Origin: a virus
Lineage: Duplodnaviria; Heunggongvirae; Uroviricota; Caudoviricetes
DNA: 64,000 bases
Direction: 5' to 3' (one strand)
IMG/VR virus record: IMGVR_UViG_3300021431_000008
Shown piece after piece: positions 29,106 to 38,169 of the stretch. A program made the translations under genes and the position numbers. Within the stretch, counting starts at the first letter, position 1. Every line of letters starts with the position of its first letter. The notes below the pieces were generated by a model. That model was given only the letters and a program-made list of their open reading frames with translations, did not search any database and was not told the DNA's origin.

Positions 29106-29659
29106 TCATTTTCTCCTTCCGCATGAATTTCATAGGGATTCTCAACGGCGGGAATATCAATTGACTGCGTAAACTTAGATGCCTGATAGAACGGATCCAG
29201 AATACCTACAGCGTTTGGATCAATGAAAATTTGAGAGCCCTCGATCCGCTCTTTAATCTGATCGATCACGTTCTGCGGAATATCAATCTGGAACTTCTGC
29301 ATGAGTTCGTTGAGCTCGGCAAACTGCTCATAGATCTCCGAATAGCGGCCTTCGATGCTCCTCCAGCAATCCAGAAGTTTCTTGTGCTGCTCGCCAAGGC
29401 TCTTTACATGGTCATTCATTGCCCGATAAACATTGAGTTCTTTTTCAAGTAGATCTTTCTGGGAGTTAAATACTTTATGCAGACTTTCAAACTTCGCATC
29501 GATATTTTTCATGGTGCGCTCATAACAGTCGCACATTTCCTTATAGACCGGAAGCACTTCACCGAAGTACTCTTCGATCTTCCGGCACACAACGATCCCG
29601 ACCGCGATGATTGTAAACTCAATAATGATAAGTCCAGCCAAAAGAATCCAGTTGCTCAT
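29102..29659 (-). CDS. N-terminally membrane-anchored coiled-coil protein
   Basis: 185 aa; TM WILLAGLIIIEFTIIAVGIVV. Confidence 0.5.
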   Translation of the reverse strand: MSNWILLAGLIIIEFTIIAVGIVVCRKIEEYFGEVLPVYKEMCDCYERTMKNIDAKFESLHKVFNSQKDLLEKELNVYRAMNDHVKSLGEQHKKLLDCWRSIEGRYSEIYEQFAELNELMQKFQIDIPQNVIDQIKERIEGSQIFIDPNAVGILDPFYQASKFTQSIDIPAVENPYEIHAEGENE

Positions 29660-29840
29660 TTAAATCTCCTTTCATTGTTCCTGTAACTTTGTCACCGTTT
29701 ACGTATACGGTTTCGCCTGAGCGAATATCTTCATTGTCAAATGTTTCCCTGTAGGTTTTTTCAAACCACCCTAAGAGGATACCAATACTCCCTGCGAGGA
29801 TGAGTTCGCCAATACATTGCAAAACTTGTACAACAGTCAT
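29619..29840 (-). CDS. small membrane protein (start trimmed to MTVVQVL, GAGGAGAAG RBS)
   Basis: 74 aa; overlaps the 3' end of the upstream gene by ~80 nt, so uncertain. Confidence 0.35.
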   Translation of the reverse strand: MTVVQVLQCIGELILAGSIGILLGWFEKTYRETFDNEDIRSGETVYVNGDKVTGTMKGDLNEQLDSFGWTYHY

Positions 29841-30471
29841 CGTATTTCTTCTCCTCGTGGTATTTATCATAGAGGTCTTTAGCGATACGCCCCATGTAAT
29901 GCCAGCCGTCTTCAGATCCGTCATAAAAAATTCCTATGAGTTGACCGGCTTTCTTTGCATCTGTACAACTCAAGAGATCTTCCCATAGATCCTCGTTTTG
30001 CTGAAGAGACCAGAATATAAACTCGCATTGCATTCTAGCGTCGCCAATCGTGCTTCCATACTCCATTGCAAAATCGTAAAGAGTATGCAAATATCCGGTC
30101 GAATACCATTGGCCTAACCCAAAGCCTCCGCATGACCGGATTGCCTCAACAAAAAAATCTCTGCTGGATCCATCGGAAAGACCTGCATTCGTCTTTTCTC
30201 CGACATATCCGCAGAGATCAAAATTGTCTCGGGCTTGTAAAGTTGCCCAGCCGGTTACACTGTCACTCCGGTATTGGCTTTCTCTCCAGAAATAAGCCAG
30301 TACACCTGCTGTAATATAATCGTTTGGGCTGTGTTTGCTTAGCTCCTCCCATAGCCAGGCTTCATCTTCCTCACTTTTTCTTTCCGTATACTTTGGCTCT
30401 TCCGCATAAGCTTGGATCGGAATCACGAAAAGTATTGAAAATATCATCAGGAAGATTAAAAGACGTTTCAT
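29761..30471 (-). CDS. secreted lysozyme-like protein (same N-domain family as the endolysin at 3793..4623)
   Basis: signal peptide MKRLLIFLMIFSILFVIPIQAYA; FWRESQY...GGFGLGQW motif parallels GESAF...GFGYIQW. Confidence 0.55.
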   Translation of the reverse strand: MKRLLIFLMIFSILFVIPIQAYAEEPKYTERKSEEDEAWLWEELSKHSPNDYITAGVLAYFWRESQYRSDSVTGWATLQARDNFDLCGYVGEKTNAGLSDGSSRDFFVEAIRSCGGFGLGQWYSTGYLHTLYDFAMEYGSTIGDARMQCEFIFWSLQQNEDLWEDLLSCTDAKKAGQLIGIFYDGSEDGWHYMGRIAKDLYDKYHEEKKYDDCCTSFAMYWRTHPRREYWYPLRVV

Positions 30472-30489
30472 AGGAGTTCCCTTCTTTGT

Positions 30490-30720
30490 TTATAGTTTTT
30501 CGTCGTTTGTAATACCCGCCAATGCAGGCTCGTTGTACCACAGCACAAAATCTCTGGCACAGTCTTCGCAAAGATCTGCATAGCGCATTTCGTGTACATC
30601 TGGATTCACCCAGTCGATCCGGACAATGGGAACATCATGAAGACGCGTTTGTGAACTTTTCCCTCGTTCCGCGATCTGCGCATATAGTTTCCCGCATCGA
30701 TCACATTTCCAGGCTTGCAT
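30490..30720 (-). CDS. small Zn-finger protein
   Basis: CDRCG ... CEDC. Confidence 0.45.
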   Translation of the reverse strand: MQAWKCDRCGKLYAQIAERGKSSQTRLHDVPIVRIDWVNPDVHEMRYADLCEDCARDFVLWYNEPALAGITNDEKL

Positions 30721-31166
30721 TAAAGTCCCAACCTTTCTGCTTTCATTTTAGCGTACCAATCCTGTGCGATTTTTAATGCATGATCTTCATTTTTGGCCAT
30801 AATAAGTCCTTCAAAAACTTTAGATCCCCAAGATATCGGTGTAAAACATTTATACTCGTTTTCAAAACTGTTCAGTTCGTAGCGATTTATCCAAGCTCTC
30901 CATTCAATTCCATTTTTCTCTATATAGCTACGAACAGTCCATACGGGCCTTAGATTTTGAAGTTCATTGGTCTCCGGACTTTCTGGATCACCGTCGATGA
31001 ATTCTTCAATTTGAGCTTCATCGCCACGCCTTGTGTAATACTTCGCCAGAACTTTCGCTCGTTCATAGTCGGATGTGAGAGCGCAAATGCCGTAATCGGA
31101 ATATTCACCGCTCGTTATTGCATAAAGGATCTTTCTCTCATTTCCGTTGTTTTCTGAGCTCATCAA
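30720..31166 (-). CDS. hypothetical protein
   Basis: 148-aa ORF. Confidence 0.5.
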   Translation of the reverse strand: MMSSENNGNERKILYAITSGEYSDYGICALTSDYERAKVLAKYYTRRGDEAQIEEFIDGDPESPETNELQNLRPVWTVRSYIEKNGIEWRAWINRYELNSFENEYKCFTPISWGSKVFEGLIMAKNEDHALKIAQDWYAKMKAERLGL

Positions 31167-31443
31167 TAGCTTCCTCCATCGTTAAAAATATCGTGTGCCC
31201 AAAGTCGTATTCGGTTACTTCCATTCCAGCCGGATAATCGTGAAAATGTGCGTGCTCATGGCCGTTGAAAGATAATAGTGTATAAAGGCATTGTCCCTCC
31301 GATCCGAATACAGAAATCTCTTTCACAATGTATGCCCGAATCTCGCCTTTATATACAAAGAATACTTTTTCTTTCGGTGCAACGACAAAGTTAAACGTTA
31401 CCACATTCCCTGCACCTGACCTCTGCGAATATCTTCGTCCCAA
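31138..31443 (-). CDS. hypothetical protein
   Basis: 101-aa ORF. Confidence 0.45.
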   Translation of the reverse strand: MGRRYSQRSGAGNVVTFNFVVAPKEKVFFVYKGEIRAYIVKEISVFGSEGQCLYTLLSFNGHEHAHFHDYPAGMEVTEYDFGHTIFLTMEEAIDELRKQRK

Positions 31444-31714
31444 TCAGCTTTTTTCTTCTTTCGGCTCGCTTTCCCTTTCAGAATCAGGATCGCAGTTTTT
31501 TGTCGCTCGTTCTCTTCTTTCAGTTTCTGATACTCGTCATAGAGAAAGCTGATGTACTCCGCTGTACGATGAACGCCTTTTATACTTGCATCCATGACTT
31601 TTTTCTCAAATATCTGTGCATGTCCGGATTCTGCTAAAGGATAGGCAAGACTTTTTTCCGTGACGCTAAGGGTCTGTAATGTTCGTCCGAAGTCTATTTC
31701 AATGTCCACAAATA

Positions 31715-32263
31715 TCACTTCTCTCCTTCCCAGCACTGAATGAAGTTATAGATTGCTTCGACAGTATTCGTAAAATCATGATTCGGAATAGTCATCCGAT
31801 AAATTATATCTTCGTCCAAACTATCTGGCCCGAAAGATAAATCGTCCTGCAATTCTCGTTTTGAAATATCTTCATCGGAATCACCTCGCTGTTTCATGCG
31901 TTCAATTCTGACTTTCCATGGAGCATAAATACGGATCGGCACAATAAGTTTATTTCTTTCATAGTGTTCAGACAGATACTTCACCCCATACGGATCAATG
32001 ACGTAAATATCATGGGTATCAACAATGTCATCCGTTACTCCGTAGCGATAACCATTGTACTCGGTATAGGCGCACATCGGCCCAAGAGCGTCGAACTCTT
32101 CATTCGTAACAAAAACATGACCTCTCTCACCGTCGTAGCGAGGAGGCCTGGTCGTATAGGATTCTACAGCTTTGTATCCGTATGTTGTCTGTAATTCGTT
32201 GGCGATAGATGTCTTTCCGCTTCCGGATGGACCGACGATAAGATAAATATTTTTAAGGCTCAT
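31715..32263 (-). CDS. guanylate-kinase-like nucleotide kinase (phage dNMP kinase candidate)
   Basis: P-loop GPSGSGKTS and TTRPPRYDGERGHVFVTNEEF (GMK signature TTR..R.gE.dG.dY.FV). Confidence 0.65.
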   Translation of the reverse strand: MSLKNIYLIVGPSGSGKTSIANELQTTYGYKAVESYTTRPPRYDGERGHVFVTNEEFDALGPMCAYTEYNGYRYGVTDDIVDTHDIYVIDPYGVKYLSEHYERNKLIVPIRIYAPWKVRIERMKQRGDSDEDISKRELQDDLSFGPDSLDEDIIYRMTIPNHDFTNTVEAIYNFIQCWEGEK

Positions 32264-32555
32264 GATTTAATTTGTCCTTCCATTCTTCGATTGTTTTTGT
32301 TCGCTGCTTTGCAAGGCCCGGGCTAAGCTGTCGGTTCAATTGTTCGCCGATCGCATCAGCTTTTCTTAAGAAAGCATTAGCTCCTAATACATAGAAATCC
32401 TTATGATAGCCATCGACTTCTATTGCAATCCCCATTGGAAGAACTAGAAATCCGTAAACTTGTTCTTCTTTTATTTCACAGTTTTCATCTAAAATATAAA
32501 CTTTACTTAAGAAATCGCACGGAAGATCAACCTCATATCGAAGCGGATTACTCAT
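32253..32555 (-). CDS. hypothetical protein
   Basis: 100-aa ORF. Confidence 0.45.
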   Translation of the reverse strand: MSNPLRYEVDLPCDFLSKVYILDENCEIKEEQVYGFLVLPMGIAIEVDGYHKDFYVLGANAFLRKADAIGEQLNRQLSPGLAKQRTKTIEEWKDKLNHEP

Positions 32556-32723
32556 ATAAGTGTCGTTCCTTTCTAAAAATTGTTTGTATTTTGGTCTGAT
32601 TTTTCTTTTCAGTAATTATCATTCATACAGCAGTCATATTCGTAAAAGATGTCGAGAAGCTTGTCCAGCTCTTCAGAAATTCCTTATCATCAAGCGTCAG
32701 AAGATATAGTGTTTGCATGATTA

Positions 32724-33158
32724 TTAGTCCTCCTCAATCTTTATCGGCCAAAGCGGTTCGCAATAATACGGAATATCAGTAGGCATAGCGATGGATGTGA
32801 AAACTTCTTTGCAGTAAGGGCATCTTGCCGGATTTACGTCACGATGAAGATAATCATACATAACAGGTTTATCATCCGGCTCGTCTACTCTGCGAAGCTT
32901 TACTGTTTCTCGTCTTTCATCAATTCCGATTGTTTCGCCCCATAAAACTTGATGACAGTGGCTACACACAGGAAGAAAGTCAATAACTGCCATATTTAAT
33001 CTCCTTTTATAAAATCTCAAACGCTTCATGAAACTCTGCATCGTAAAAAGTCCAATAAACGGTCTGCGCTTCGTCATAGACTTTGTAATAGTGAGTTCCG
33101 AACTGATCCCATTTCTCTTCAAATATAAATGTCTGTCCGTGGTTAACTGGTTTTTCAT
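32724..33158 (-). CDS. hypothetical Zn-binding protein
   Basis: CSHCH ... CPYC. Confidence 0.45.
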   Translation of the reverse strand: MKNQLTTDRHLYLKRNGISSELTITKSMTKRRPFIGLFTMQSFMKRLRFYKRRLNMAVIDFLPVCSHCHQVLWGETIGIDERRETVKLRRVDEPDDKPVMYDYLHRDVNPARCPYCKEVFTSIAMPTDIPYYCEPLWPIKIEED

Positions 33159-33197
33159 TCCACGTGCTAATTTCGGCTTTCATGGTACAGAATCTAT

Positions 33198-33626
33198 TCA
33201 TACTGTTTCCTCTTTAAACGGTTCTACAATGTCAAAACGTTCCTCAAATTCTTTAGGCGTATACTTTATAACTCCACAGTCAACTCCGGGAGTCCGCACT
33301 TTATAGCCTTTGAGTTTATGGCGTTTCGGAGTGACGATCGGTTCGTAGGCTAACATTAGCGGGTTTTCAAGATAATTCCGTTTGCATTTACCCAAAATTT
33401 GACCATGCTCATTGAATAACTTCGTCTGACTCCAGTCAATCATATCGAAAATATTGTAAAGAGTTCCGTGCTCGTTTCTGAAAATGGACTCAAAATCAAG
33501 AATTATACCACGATTATTTACGTGAATATCTGTAACCAAATACTCTTTTCCATCGCATGCTGTGAATTTATCTCCGAGACCTATTCCGAGCCTTTCTCTC
33601 CAATACTGTGTCCTAAAGTCGCTCAT
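33198..33626 (-). CDS. hypothetical protein
   Basis: 142-aa ORF. Confidence 0.5.
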   Translation of the reverse strand: MSDFRTQYWRERLGIGLGDKFTACDGKEYLVTDIHVNNRGIILDFESIFRNEHGTLYNIFDMIDWSQTKLFNEHGQILGKCKRNYLENPLMLAYEPIVTPKRHKLKGYKVRTPGVDCGVIKYTPKEFEERFDIVEPFKEETV

Positions 33627-33637
33627 TCAACTCTCCT

Positions 33638-34093
33638 TTACCAATTATTATTCAAGCAGCATCCGTATTCCTGAAATACGTCGAGAAGCTTATCTAGAAC
33701 CTCACAATAGGTGGCATACTCATCATCCGTTAATTCCTTCAGAGTTTTTGCACAATCATATTTTGATGTCTTCAATCTATAACTATGATTATCGGCAGAA
33801 ACACAATTTCGTTGTTTATTGCCTCTCAAGAAACAGCATCTGCGAATGAGGCTACTCAGGTTCATGAGATCTTTATAGCTCATAAAAGGAAAGTGATTGT
33901 ATTCCCACGCAACACCCTTTTTCATAAGTCCACCGTGTTTTTCAGCGACTTCCTTTGGGCACATTGATCGGCGAGATTGCTTTTCTTCGGGAAGCATAGC
34001 CCTAAGCTCACGAACTTCAGCTTCCAGATCTTGAATTCTCTGCTGTAATTCTACTTTCTCATCCATTTCATCTAGTCTCCTTTCTAGTATCAA
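33638..34093 (-). CDS. hypothetical coiled-coil protein
   Basis: 151-aa ORF. Confidence 0.5.
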   Translation of the reverse strand: MILERRLDEMDEKVELQQRIQDLEAEVRELRAMLPEEKQSRRSMCPKEVAEKHGGLMKKGVAWEYNHFPFMSYKDLMNLSSLIRRCCFLRGNKQRNCVSADNHSYRLKTSKYDCAKTLKELTDDEYATYCEVLDKLLDVFQEYGCCLNNNW

Positions 34094-34100
34094 AATATCA

Positions 34101-34177
34101 TGGTGGACCGTCTGGGACTTGAACCCAGGACCTGAGGTTTATGAGACCACTGCTCTGACCGACTGAGCTAACGGTCC
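34101..34177 (-). tRNA. tRNA-Met (CAT)
   Basis: minus strand GGACCGTTAGCTCAGTCGGTCAGAGCAGTGGTCTCATAAACCTCAGGTCCTGGGTTCAAGTCCCAGACGGTCCACCA; acceptor, D-arm and T-arm pair; anticodon loop CTCATAA; encoded CCA. Confidence 0.8.
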
Positions 34178-34437
34178 ATTTCCATTAGTGGGTGACAAAG
34201 TGCATTGATATAAGCTGTATGCGCTTCTTTTTCGAGCTCTTTGGCTTCCTCCCATTTTTGTTTGTAGATAGATACTTCATAGGCTTGTTCGTATCCCTCG
34301 TTTTCAAGGCATTCTAAGTAACCTTCTAATGCATACCAGCTAATAATATCGTAATCAATCTTTTTGCCATCCCTGAATTTACAGACACATACATTGTCGG
34401 AGTAAGCCTCTTCGATAGTGTATTGTAATTTACTCAT
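34168..34437 (-). CDS. hypothetical protein
   Basis: 89-aa ORF. Confidence 0.45.
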   Translation of the reverse strand: MSKLQYTIEEAYSDNVCVCKFRDGKKIDYDIISWYALEGYLECLENEGYEQAYEVSIYKQKWEEAKELEKEAHTAYINALCHPLMEMDR

Positions 34438-34467
34438 TTTGTTGTCTCCTTTCTAAATCTACGAAAA

Positions 34468-34543
34468 TGGCTGAGACGGCAGGATTTGAACCTGCGAATA
34501 ACGGAGTCAAAGTCCGCTGTGTTACCCACTTCACCACGCCTCA
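34468..34543 (-). tRNA. tRNA-Gln (TTG)
   Basis: minus strand TGAGGCGTGGTGAAGTGGGTAACACAGCGGACTTTGACTCCGTTATTCGCAGGTTCAAATCCTGCCGTCTCAGCCA; anticodon loop CTTTGAC. Confidence 0.75.
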
Positions 34544-34562
34544 AAATATAAGAAAAAAGCAG

Positions 34563-34594
34563 AAGAACTGCAATGAGTCCTTCTGCAATGGAAG
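34563..34594 (-). terminator. rho-independent terminator (GCAGAAG/CTTCTGC stem + T6 on minus)
   Basis: aaaaaagcagaagaactgcaatgagtccttctgc downstream of the 34595..34897 CDS. Confidence 0.6.
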
Positions 34595-34897
34595 TCAGAC
34601 CAAACCGAATCTAAAGTGATCTTTACTCTTTAAGAAATCGTAGAACATAATGTGTTCGGTAGTTTGCTTGTAGTTTGCAAGCTTCGTCAGATCCTTGTAC
34701 TCTCGCCCGACTTCGTAAGAGCCGTCGACCACAATCACTTCCGTAGTATTCAACTGCCGCAGCATTCGATTTGCTGTCTCGCGAATATTCTGGATAGTGA
34801 TCCAGTCGCCTCTCAGATGCCAGGGATTTCCCTGAAGCTGATGAAGCTTATCAAAACCATAGAAATATACCCGATTTTCTTTATTATTTTCATACAT
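34595..34897 (-). CDS. hypothetical protein
   Basis: 100 aa; promoter-like box at 34956..34977 upstream. Confidence 0.5.
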   Translation of the reverse strand: MYENNKENRVYFYGFDKLHQLQGNPWHLRGDWITIQNIRETANRMLRQLNTTEVIVVDGSYEVGREYKDLTKLANYKQTTEHIMFYDFLKSKDHFRFGLV

Positions 34898-34955
34898 TTT
34901 CTTTTCCTCCTATAAAAATTAGTTAGTTTTTTATGTCTGTCTCCTCATAATAGGA

Positions 34956-34977
34956 ATTGTAAAATATACGAAAAAAG
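34956..34977 (-). promoter_or_regulatory. copy of repeated promoter-like box + hairpin
   Basis: attgtaaaatatacgaaaaaag followed by the agagcgaggt...acctcgctct hairpin. Confidence 0.5.
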
Positions 34978-35122
34978 AGCGAGGTAGAGCCTCTCTGGAC
35001 TCTTTGACCTCGCTCTTAAACGACCAGAAAACCTTGAAAAGCTGGTCCATAGCTTCATCCTCGCCTTAATAGCCCCGATCCTTCGCTATGTTTTTCGGCT
35101 TCTTCATTAGAAGCTCCGGTCC

Positions 35123-35207
35123 TGGTACCGCTGAAGGGACTTGAACCCTCATGACTCTCGTCGGCAGATTTTAAGTCTGCTGTGTCTACCTATTCCACCA
35201 CAGCGGC
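35123..35207 (-). tRNA. tRNA-Leu (TAA), type II with long variable arm
   Basis: minus strand GCCGCTGTGGTGGAATAGGTAGACACAGCAGACTTAAAATCTGCCGACGAGAGTCATGAGGGTTCAAGTCCCTTCAGCGGTACCA. Confidence 0.75.
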
Positions 35208-35258
35208 AAATATAAAAGCAAGGAGCCTGTCGATGTTGACAAGCTCCTTTCTGTCTGC

Positions 35259-35528
35259 TTATGCTTTTTTAAGGATTTCTCTTCGATACGAGTCTCCTAG
35301 TTCATAGATCTTGTGACCAACATCGGCGTGCCCCGTCGTGAATAATTCATTCGTAAGATTATTCCAGAATGCGTCTTCGTCAATGTTTCCTTTCGTTTTG
35401 ATGAGTACATATCCCAAATCGATGGCTACCAATGGCGTATTAACGCACTTCCAAAAGATCTTATGGTACTTATTATGACTACGTTTATCCCGACGCATCG
35501 CCATTAGTGTTCTCTCAAAAAGTCTCAT
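35259..35528 (-). CDS. hypothetical protein
   Basis: 89-aa ORF. Confidence 0.45.
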   Translation of the reverse strand: MRLFERTLMAMRRDKRSHNKYHKIFWKCVNTPLVAIDLGYVLIKTKGNIDEDAFWNNLTNELFTTGHADVGHKIYELGDSYRREILKKA

Positions 35529-35583
35529 AAATATCCTCCTTAAATTTTGTAAGCATATAGCTCCATTTAAAGAGTTGTAATAA

Positions 35584-35865
35584 TTACGATGCCTCTACCT
35601 CTTTTGTAGCATTAATGATTGCATTTATTTCGTATTTCATGGCTTCTACAATTCTTCGTCTGCAATCGGGACAAAGATCTTGAACTGGTAGACTTTCGCC
35701 AAGGATCGCCATATCATTGTGTACCCAACCTTTTGGTAAATCTTCAAACATTTCGTCTTTGCAACGATAACCTCCGTTTAGAAATGTATTTTCATTTATC
35801 GCTTTGCTGAAAATAGTTGTTTTACATACCGAACAAGTTGTGAGACGTCCTACTATCTGAGACAT
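35584..35865 (-). CDS. Zn-ribbon protein
   Basis: CSVCK ... CPDCRRR. Confidence 0.45.
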   Translation of the reverse strand: MSQIVGRLTTCSVCKTTIFSKAINENTFLNGGYRCKDEMFEDLPKGWVHNDMAILGESLPVQDLCPDCRRRIVEAMKYEINAIINATKEVEAS

Positions 35866-36053
35866 GCTCCGGCCTCTCCTTCTGAATCAAACTCGATCTT
35901 GGCTTTAATGACGTTCGCTTCGTACTCTCCAGGACCGTAACCACGCGTTTCCTTCGTGACAAAGATATTTACGTCCTCCTGCGTGAGATTGTTATAGTGC
36001 TCAGCGATGATCTGACAAATATCACTTTCATTTAGTTCGACAGTAATTTTCAT
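35853..36053 (-). CDS. hypothetical small protein
   Basis: 66-aa ORF. Confidence 0.4.
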   Translation of the reverse strand: MKITVELNESDICQIIAEHYNNLTQEDVNIFVTKETRGYGPGEYEANVIKAKIEFDSEGEAGACLR

Positions 36054-36577
36054 TCGAGGCTTACTCCTTCAGGAAGCGTTACTACGGCATTATCAAGTTC
36101 AGTTAAAGCTGAGAGAGATTGATTGATTTTTTCGAGTTTACTTTCTGCATGGTTGAGATCGAACTTCAGCTTCCAAATATCATGCTGCAGATTTTCCTGA
36201 TCGGATAACAGGGCTGCTCGTTCTGTTTGGTTTTTCGCCACGTTCTGAATAAAGTCGTGCAGCGGTGTCGGATCATCGAGCAGAAACCATGCCGTAAAAC
36301 CGCCCCAGCAGCGTCCCCATGCCTTAAGCCCTTTTGCAATTTGCATCTTCATAGCTTTCTGGACTTTCTCATCTGCTTCGGTGTAAATATCCGAAGAATC
36401 ATAGCAGTTATACGGCTTGAGTGTGAGTCGCTTCAGTTCATCGCTTCCGGGCTGAATCACATAAATATAATGCTGATTGGAATAGGCGATCGGCAGCTTT
36501 TCGATATGAGCTTTCAGATCTCCGCCGATAGTAAAACGATAAATGAAGTGATACTTGCTCAGGTATTTATAGTTCAT
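36050..36577 (-). CDS. hypothetical protein
   Basis: 175-aa ORF. Confidence 0.5.
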   Translation of the reverse strand: MNYKYLSKYHFIYRFTIGGDLKAHIEKLPIAYSNQHYIYVIQPGSDELKRLTLKPYNCYDSSDIYTEADEKVQKAMKMQIAKGLKAWGRCWGGFTAWFLLDDPTPLHDFIQNVAKNQTERAALLSDQENLQHDIWKLKFDLNHAESKLEKINQSLSALTELDNAVVTLPEGVSLE

Positions 36578-36784
36578 TTAATACATCCTCCCAGCCATAG
36601 CATTTGATACCTGATTTGATACATCATTGACAACTCCGACCCGCTCGAGAATATAACCATCCTGAAGCATACTTTCGACAGATTCCGGAATCTCAATGTC
36701 GACGACGGCCTGTTCGGAATTATCGATAACGGAAAGCTTTGAATAGTCGTACTTATACTTGCGCATGACAAAACGAATCATCAT
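36578..36784 (-). CDS. hypothetical small protein
   Basis: 68-aa ORF. Confidence 0.4.
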   Translation of the reverse strand: MMIRFVMRKYKYDYSKLSVIDNSEQAVVDIEIPESVESMLQDGYILERVGVVNDVSNQVSNAMAGRMY

Positions 36785-37293
36785 AGTAGCTTATCCCTTT
36801 CTCTTTTCCATAGAATTTCTTCGATTCTGGATTCCAGTGTATCAGTAAAGATCCCTACTTTAAAAACATGGCTCGGCGCAAATGAGAGGAGATAGTCAAT
36901 ATCTTCGTCGAAATGCTCTTTGGCTCGTTCATAAGCTCGATAGTTTTTAGATATTTGATCCCTCATAAAGCGATCGTGCAGTCTCTTAATCCACTCGTAT
37001 TTCAGTTCTTTTGCTGGGCAGACAATATAAGGACCGGAAACAGCAAGTCTTCGCATCTCCGGAGCGTGATCATGCATCCATTCGATAACTTCCACGTGCG
37101 TTGAGCAAAGAACGATATAACCTTGTTTAGCAAGATCAAGAGCTACACGACCGTACTGCTCGATCCAATAATGACTGCAATCTGGCGGTCCGAAAAACTT
37201 AAAATTACTGCTCTCCAGATCGATAATATTATCTTTTCCGGCGATTGTTGTTTTTCCAACTCCCGGATATCCGCAAATGATAACTCCGTTCAT
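36781..37293 (-). CDS. P-loop NTPase / nucleotide kinase-like protein
   Basis: N-terminal Walker A ICGYPGVGKTT; size (170 aa) fits NMP/dNMP kinase or polynucleotide kinase. Confidence 0.55.
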   Translation of the reverse strand: MNGVIICGYPGVGKTTIAGKDNIIDLESSNFKFFGPPDCSHYWIEQYGRVALDLAKQGYIVLCSTHVEVIEWMHDHAPEMRRLAVSGPYIVCPAKELKYEWIKRLHDRFMRDQISKNYRAYERAKEHFDEDIDYLLSFAPSHVFKVGIFTDTLESRIEEILWKRERDKLL

Positions 37294-37359
37294 ACTCGCA
37301 CCTCACTACATTACTACCAGAAATCCGATAGTGTATTCCATTCGATGCGGTTCATACAT

Positions 37360-38169
37360 TCAGGTCTCCTCCAATGTAATGATTTCAGAGTACGGCAATG
37401 TCTTAATCCAACTACAGAACTCTCTCCACTCATCGAGCTTGTGATCCTTACGCTTTGGATAGATTCCGGCCAGAACCTCATAATTCAGCATGACTGTTCG
37501 ACGCTGATTATAAGAACTCGGAAGAAGCTGAATCATTTGCCACCAATACTTTTTATCTTTAGTTTCGAGAAACATTTCTCGCGCACGATTTAACATCGAA
37601 ATTGTAAGATCGAGCAAATTTGAGGGTGAAAAACGAGCAAGTTCTTCTTCGAGGTCATTGCTTCCAAAACCGACTGCAATTGTCGGAATTTCCATAGGAC
37701 TTCCGTCAGGAAGCAATTGTTCATCTGAAAAATCTTGTCGTGTAAATTTCTTTGCATGAATCTTATGCATGGTAGAACAGCTATTTGCGACTGTTCCAAC
37801 CTTATAGGTATCAAATTCTTTCCACCAGTAAAGCGGAGCCGTAATATCAACCGTAACAACAATCATCCGGCGATACTTGGAATCTACCGAACCAGCTTTA
37901 GCGAGATTCATCATGAGTTTATGATCGTTAGGGCCCAGTTGAAAATATTCCGTTTCATAATTCGTGTTTAATCGATCCCAATCAAACCATTCTGGGTAAT
38001 CGTAATCGCCGTCGTCTTTATCATATGTAATGCCATTAATATCATGTCCGACTTCCGTGAATGTAGAAAAAAATACACTATCGCTTTTCTCCCAACTATT
38101 CATCGGATTTCTCATTCCACGAATAGCTGCCTCCCAGCCAAGAACTTCAGTATTTTCAAGTTTAATCAT
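37360..38169 (-). CDS. ThyX-fold (flavin-dependent thymidylate synthase family) homologue with non-canonical active-site motifs
   Basis: APLYWWKEFDTYKVGTVANSCSTMH aligns with ThyX [24 protein letters not shown], but RHR becomes TYK and S..S.RY becomes S.STMH. RRTVMLNYEVLAGIYPKR resembles ThyX FWTVNARSLMNFLNLR. Start trimmed to MIKLENTEV with GGAGGA RBS. Confidence 0.5.
   Translation of the reverse strand: MIKLENTEVLGWEAAIRGMRNPMNSWEKSDSVFFSTFTEVGHDINGITYDKDDGDYDYPEWFDWDRLNTNYETEYFQLGPNDHKLMMNLAKAGSVDSKYRRMIVVTVDITAPLYWWKEFDTYKVGTVANSCSTMHKIHAKKFTRQDFSDEQLLPDGSPMEIPTIAVGFGSNDLEEELARFSPSNLLDLTISMLNRAREMFLETKDKKYWWQMIQLLPSSYNQRRTVMLNYEVLAGIYPKRKDHKLDEWREFCSWIKTLPYSEIITLEET

Noticed and set aside
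34101-34177. Initiator versus elongator versus Ile2 assignment for the CAT tRNA
   Set aside because: It cannot be resolved from sequence alone. It is reported simply as tRNA-Met(CAT).
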